A DNA stretch of 32,000 nucleotides from Candidatus Kuenenia stuttgartensis (GTDB lineage Bacteria; Planctomycetota; Brocadiia; Brocadiales; Brocadiaceae). The stretch's first letter is position 1. Each line of letters begins with the position of its first letter. A model generated the notes under the pieces. That model saw nothing but the letters and a program-made list of their open reading frames with translations, was not told the origin of the DNA and ran no database searches. A program made the position numbers and the translations under genes. This document shows, piece by piece, positions 27,439 to 32,000 of this stretch. Location: assembly GCF_900232105.1 (NCBI RefSeq), contig NZ_LT934425.1, positions 1,740,001-1,772,000 on the forward strand, given 5' to 3'.

Positions 27439-28242
27439 TCAGCAACATTCTTTTCTTTCAAACATTTCAAATGCTATGTGAATAATAAGCGTTGTATACG
27501 CAATGGCATAAACGACCATAAGCAAAATATAACGAACGTCAATCCCTTCCGAAGGATAACCCATGCTTATAGCACTCACCCCTTCCAGATTCGGGAAAAT
27601 TGTGTACAAAAATGCAAACAGCCACAAGAAATGGCGCTCATTCGCATTGAAAAGGTTTTGAACAAGACCTAGCAGGTTTCCAACAATATAGACAAACACA
27701 CAACAACTCAAATTAGCCGACACTGACAAATAAACAGACCCCGCGATTGCTATTGCACACATTATTTCTATCTGTAAAAATGTATAGAAAAGCGGGAGAA
27801 AGGTAGTGCTCACGAAGTGTATAATGGAGGGGAAAAGTGCCACGCCAAGATCTATCAGATTTTTCAAAGACAGGGAAGCAACTAAAAAAGCCCCTAATAT
27901 TAAATATTCCACGGTCGCCACTATCAATATACCAAAAAACTTTCCGAGGACAACATCACGACTACGCACTGGTTTTGCCAACAGCGTCAAAATAGTGCCA
28001 CTTTCTCTCTCTTTTGATAGAGCATTTGCCGCAGACATGGAAACCAATACGAGACAACACACCGTAATGGTAGAAATGCCCATGTCTTTCATCAGCCGGA
28101 TCTCTTCACCAAAGGCAAACAGAGTAAAAAAAAGGGACAAAAACGTTAAAAACATGCCAACGCCGGTAATTACATAAAATAAGGGCTGCCGAAAAACATC
28201 CCTTGATGTATTAATTGCGAGACAAAACAGAGCGCCATTCAT
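27439..28242 (-). CDS. ABC-2 type transporter permease
   Basis: Six or so hydrophobic helices and ANALSKERESGTILTLLAKPVRSRDVVLGKFFGILIVATVEYLILGAF, characteristic of ABC-2 permeases. Confidence 0.8.
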   Translation of the reverse strand: MNGALFCLAINTSRDVFRQPLFYVITGVGMFLTFLSLFFTLFAFGEEIRLMKDMGISTITVCCLVLVSMSAANALSKERESGTILTLLAKPVRSRDVVLGKFFGILIVATVEYLILGAFLVASLSLKNLIDLGVALFPSIIHFVSTTFLPLFYTFLQIEIMCAIAIAGSVYLSVSANLSCCVFVYIVGNLLGLVQNLFNANERHFLWLFAFLYTIFPNLEGVSAISMGYPSEGIDVRYILLMVVYAIAYTTLIIHIAFEMFERKECC

Positions 28243-28289
28243 AAAAAACCCTTGAATTTAACCAGAAAACCCATAGACTCTATTAAAAA

Positions 28290-28305
28290 TGTTTCACGTG
28301 AAACA
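28290..28305. promoter_or_regulatory. parS: parS centromere site TGTTTCACGTGAAACA
   Basis: Exact 16-bp match to the canonical bacterial parS palindrome, located immediately upstream of the likely parB start. Confidence 0.93.
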
Positions 28306-28389
28306 TTTCAGGACGGACAATCGGCCGGATCCCAACACCTACAGAAAAATATTTCAATGGAAAAACATTCAAAAAAAAGGACGAAACCC

Positions 28390-29256
28390 ATGGCCAAAAA
28401 CGAAGGACTTAGCAAAGGGCTGCAATCTCTCCTGGGAGGCGTCATTGGTATAGAATCCCAACAGGAAGAGGGCGTAATCATACAATTGAATCCCAACGAC
28501 ATAAAACCGAATAGCATGCAACCCCGCAACCTTTTTAAGGAAGCAGAAATGCATGATCTTATGGCATCTATCAAAAAACACGGTATTTTGCAGCCTATCA
28601 TCGTGACACCCACTGCCCACGGCTATATGCTTATTGCAGGGGAACGGCGTTGGAGGGCGGCAAAGGAACTCGGCATGAAAAAAGTACCCGCAATTGTACG
28701 CAAGACTGATGATGAAAGCCTCCTCGAAATCGCTTTAATAGAAAACATCCAAAGAGAAGACCTTAATCCGATCGAAAAGGCCCTTGGGTTCCGTGAGTTG
28801 GTAAAAAAATTCGGATTCACGCAGGAACAAGTCGCCCATGCAATGGGAAAAGACCGCAGTTCAGTAGCAAATTATCTCCGGCTTCTCGAACTTCCCGATG
28901 AAATCCAGGGACATGTTTCACGTGGAACAATCTCCATGGGGCATGCCCGGGCGTTGCTTTCTCTTCATGAAAAAGAAATGCAGATAAAATACTGCACCAT
29001 CATCATTAAGGAAGGTCTCTCCGTAAGGGATGTTGAATCCATGGTTGCCGGAGAAAAAAATCTTCGCAAGCCAGAGAAACGACCCGAGAGAAAATTACCC
29101 ACGCCGCATATTGCCGACATTGAGGATCGCTTTCGAAAGCATTTTGGGGCAAAAGTAAAGATACGCGAACGACATGGTAGGGGGCAAATAACTATTGCCT
29201 TTAACAACAATGAAGAGTTCGAGCGGATTGCCAATAAAAGCGGGATTAGTCTTTAA
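28390..29256 (+). CDS. parB: Chromosome-partitioning protein ParB
   Basis: MAKNEGLSKGLQSLLGG...VIIQLNPNDIKPNSMQPRNLF...ASIKKHGILQPIIVTPTAHGYMLIAGERRWRAAKELGMKKVPAIVR...IENIQREDLNPIEKALGF. SD AAAGGA precedes ATG 28390. The reading frame stays open upstream to TTG 28252 and ATG 28357. Confidence 0.95.
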   Translation: MAKNEGLSKGLQSLLGGVIGIESQQEEGVIIQLNPNDIKPNSMQPRNLFKEAEMHDLMASIKKHGILQPIIVTPTAHGYMLIAGERRWRAAKELGMKKVPAIVRKTDDESLLEIALIENIQREDLNPIEKALGFRELVKKFGFTQEQVAHAMGKDRSSVANYLRLLELPDEIQGHVSRGTISMGHARALLSLHEKEMQIKYCTIIIKEGLSVRDVESMVAGEKNLRKPEKRPERKLPTPHIADIEDRFRKHFGAKVKIRERHGRGQITIAFNNNEEFERIANKSGISL

Positions 29257-29282
29257 AATAGATATTCACTTTCCCCGCAAAT

Positions 29283-30878
29283 TCATTTTTTTAACGTTGC
29301 CCGTATAAATTCTCTAAACAATGGGTGTGCTTTTGTTGGCTTTGATTTAAATTCCGGATGAAACTGCACACAGACAAACCACGGATGATTTATAATTTCC
29401 ATGATCTCGACCAGCCGGTCTTCCTGTGAATGTCCACTAAATCTCATTCCATTTGCTAAAAATCTCTCTTTATACGCATCATTGAATTCATATCGATGTC
29501 GATGCCTTTCGGAAACCATGGCCTTTTTATATGCTTCATACGCCTTTGTACCTTCTTCAACAAAACAGGCTTGAGCCCCTAATCGCATTGTTCCGCCTTT
29601 TTTTGTTATATTTTGCTGTTCTTCGAGTAGGCTTATTACGGGATGCGGGGTAGCAGGATCAAATTCGGTGCTGTTTGCGTCGGCAAGATTACAGACATTT
29701 CTTGCAAACTCTATAGAGGCGCACTGCATTCCGAGGCAAATGCCAAAAAAGGGGATGTTGTTTTCCCTCGCGTATTGAATTGCCATTACTTTTCCCTCAA
29801 CACCCCTCGCACCAAATCCACCGGGCGCCAATATTCCATTTACCCCTTTTAAGCATGCTTCTGCCCCGAACCTTTCTACATCCTCAGATTCAATTCTGCG
29901 TTCTTTTACTCGTGCATTGTTTTCTATTCCGCCGTGTATTAACGACTCATAAATAGATTCATACGCCGATTGATGCCCTATATATTTTCCAACAATAGCT
30001 ATTTCTGTCGTATACTTCGGATTTCTCAGTATCTCTAATATTGATAACCACTTATCTATATTCCCATTATTTGTTTTCAGTTGGAGTTTTTGTATGATCA
30101 ACTTGTCCAGCCCCTGTTCCATAAGTATAAGAGGTATTTCATACAAATATGGTTTTACATCCTTCTCCTCTATAATTGCGTTTTTATCAACATTACAAAA
30201 AAGCGATATCTTTTCTTTTATCTCTTCGCTCAAATGTTTCTCTGTCCTGCATATAATAATATCCGGCTGCACACCAGCCTGCCGTAACATACCAACACTG
30301 TGTTGTGTAGGTTTTGTCTTTATTTCGTCTGCCGCACTTAAATATGGCACAAGTGTTAAATGAATGTAGAGTACGTTTCCCCTGCCTATCGTTTGCCCGA
30401 ATTGTCTGATTGCTTCAAGAAACAACTGGCTTTCGATATCGCCCACAATGCCGCCAATCTCAGAAATTACCACATCAGTGTCCGGTCCATCCAGCTTTTT
30501 AATGCATTCTATAACCTCATTCGTAATATGAGGGATGACCTGCACCGTCTTTCCCAAATATTCGCCATTCCGCTCCTTCATAATAACGGAATAGTAAATA
30601 GACCCTGTAGTAAAGTTACAGTATTTGTTTGTTTCTGCATTGGTAAATCTTTCATAATGCCCGAGGTCCAGATCCGTTTCCGCGCCATCTTCAGTTACAT
30701 ATACTTCTCCATGTTCATACGGGCTCATCGTTCCCGGATCAACGTTGACATACGGATCAAATTTCTGCAATCGCACCTTTAATCCTCTGCTCTCCAGTAA
30801 CATCCCTATAGAAGCAGAATTTAAGCCCTTCCCGAGTGACGATACTACTCCGCCCGTAACAAAAATATGTTTAGTCAT
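29283..30878 (-). CDS. pyrG: CTP synthase
   Basis: [78 protein letters not shown] plus glutaminase motif [20 protein letters not shown]. Confidence 0.98.
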   Translation of the reverse strand: MTKHIFVTGGVVSSLGKGLNSASIGMLLESRGLKVRLQKFDPYVNVDPGTMSPYEHGEVYVTEDGAETDLDLGHYERFTNAETNKYCNFTTGSIYYSVIMKERNGEYLGKTVQVIPHITNEVIECIKKLDGPDTDVVISEIGGIVGDIESQLFLEAIRQFGQTIGRGNVLYIHLTLVPYLSAADEIKTKPTQHSVGMLRQAGVQPDIIICRTEKHLSEEIKEKISLFCNVDKNAIIEEKDVKPYLYEIPLILMEQGLDKLIIQKLQLKTNNGNIDKWLSILEILRNPKYTTEIAIVGKYIGHQSAYESIYESLIHGGIENNARVKERRIESEDVERFGAEACLKGVNGILAPGGFGARGVEGKVMAIQYARENNIPFFGICLGMQCASIEFARNVCNLADANSTEFDPATPHPVISLLEEQQNITKKGGTMRLGAQACFVEEGTKAYEAYKKAMVSERHRHRYEFNDAYKERFLANGMRFSGHSQEDRLVEIMEIINHPWFVCVQFHPEFKSKPTKAHPLFREFIRATLKK

Positions 30879-31629
30879 TTTTATGTCTTTCTATAAATTC
30901 CATCAAATCATTTTTAGTATTTATACCACACGATACATACTCAGTAATTGCCACTTTTATTTTATATCCATTTGAAAGCGCCCTAAGTTGTTCAAGTTTT
31001 TCCGCCATCTCTAATTTCGATGGCAATAAATTACGGTACTTCAGCAAAAAGTCCCTGCGATATCCATATATTCCAAGGTGTCTTAAAAATTCTCTGCCAT
31101 TTCCTTGTTCATCATTATCCCGCACATATGGTATTTGAGAACGGGAAAAGTAGAGTGCATATCCGTTATTATCCAATACCACCTTTACACAGTTTGGATC
31201 TCTTAATGCCTCCGCATTTTCTATTCTGTTTGCAAGGGTTGACATTACCGCGTTATCATCTTTCTCCAGCACATCAATAACTAAATCGACCATTGCACCG
31301 TTCATTTCCGGCTCATCTCCCTGCACGTTTACGATAAAATCCGCATCTATCCTTTCAGCAATTTCAGAGATCCTATCTGTGCCGGAATGATACTCCCCTG
31401 AAGTCATTTCTGCCACACCCCCAAAACCCTTTACGATATCAAAAATCTGCCTGCTGTCCGTTGCAACAATTACCTTTTCAATACCCCTGGCGGATTTCAC
31501 ATTTTGATACACATGCTCTATTATATACCTCCCCGTAATATCTTTTACTTCCTGTAAAATCAATTTCCCCTGTAATCGTGAAGAATCATATCTTGCAGGA
31601 ATTATTACCACCGATTTATGCTTATTCAT
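30871..31629 (-). CDS. kdsB: 3-deoxy-manno-octulosonate cytidylyltransferase
   Basis: [41 protein letters not shown]...[10 protein letters not shown]...[25 protein letters not shown]...VNVQGDEP. Overlaps pyrG by 8 nt. Confidence 0.95.
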   Translation of the reverse strand: MNKHKSVVIIPARYDSSRLQGKLILQEVKDITGRYIIEHVYQNVKSARGIEKVIVATDSRQIFDIVKGFGGVAEMTSGEYHSGTDRISEIAERIDADFIVNVQGDEPEMNGAMVDLVIDVLEKDDNAVMSTLANRIENAEALRDPNCVKVVLDNNGYALYFSRSQIPYVRDNDEQGNGREFLRHLGIYGYRRDFLLKYRNLLPSKLEMAEKLEQLRALSNGYKIKVAITEYVSCGINTKNDLMEFIERHKND

Positions 31630-31792
31630 ATAGTATCCAAATGTGTATTTTTACTCTATGCACGATAAGAGCTTAATTCTATTAAAGTGTATGGCATATT
31701 CAAATGTTTTTTAAAAGATTCTTTTGCAGAAAAACTCCCAGTAGTACCTTATCGGTATCAGATCGGCGACGGCAAATTGCAAATTGCAGATT

Positions 31793-31813
31793 GAGGACTG
31801 AGGACTGAGGACT
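31793..31813. repeat. Three tandem copies of GAGGACT
   Basis: GAGGACTGAGGACTGAGGACT read directly in the sequence. Confidence 0.85.
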
Positions 31814-31817
31814 ATTT

Positions 31818-32000
31818 TCATGCTTGCTGAACACTGGCTTTGCCAGCGTAGGGTAAAAAATGTTGCGACCTGGTACAGCTTCCACATTCAGGGCACCTGT
31901 CCAGCCTGCAATCCTGCGTTATTTCTTTTCGTGATGATCGTTCCGACTCCTGCAGGAGAAACGGCCTCACTACCCCACAATTTATGTGTTCCCACGGCAA
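31818..32000 (-). CDS. C-terminal fragment of a B12-binding/radical SAM family protein (TIGR03960-like), continuing past the window edge
   Basis: LPWEHINCGVVRPFLLQESERSSRKEITQDCRLDRCPECGSC resembles the conserved C-terminal W.HI..GV...FLL.E...A.....T.DCR...C..CG.C segment of this family. Partial gene. Confidence 0.6.
   Translation of the reverse strand: MPWEHINCGVVRPFLLQESERSSRKEITQDCRLDRCPECGSCTRSQHFLPYAGKASVQQA

Noticed and set aside
30360-30782. 140-aa plus-strand ORF opposite pyrG
   Set aside because: Antisense to a strongly conserved housekeeping gene.

Overview
This 32 kb window looks like a bacterial chromosome segment, mostly housekeeping genes. I infer a planctomycete, possibly anammox-type, lineage from recalled family resemblance only. 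Left to right: tyrS; a DUF5615/DUF433 toxin-antitoxin-like pair; an islet that looks AT-rich, with a zinc-ribbon/TM/SH3 protein, an Mrr-type nuclease-domain protein and two small secreted proteins; a TonB-dependent receptor divergent from two overlapping orphan periplasmic-binding-protein genes; a cmk-rpsA-sigma70-apt cluster; trpE; a coiled-coil protein with 14-aa repeats and a PD-(D/E)XK-like C-terminus; an outer-membrane porin with a clear terminator; two tandem SPFH/HflK-HflC-like genes; a SUMF1/FGE-like protein with a coiled-coil partner; serA; an ABC-2 type permease; parB with an exact parS palindrome just upstream; pyrG, kdsB and the C-terminus of a radical SAM protein. I see no CRISPR array, rRNA, tRNA or intact transposon. 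The best second-look items are: (i) the perfect parS site inside the 5' part of the long parB reading frame, with no parA in the window; (ii) the sigma factor whose conserved region 1.2 begins upstream of every canonical start codon and in frame with the rpsA stop; (iii) the TonB receptor / double binding-protein module without transporter genes; and (iv) the repeat-bearing coiled-coil nuclease-like protein. I did not find a clearly demonstrable new system.
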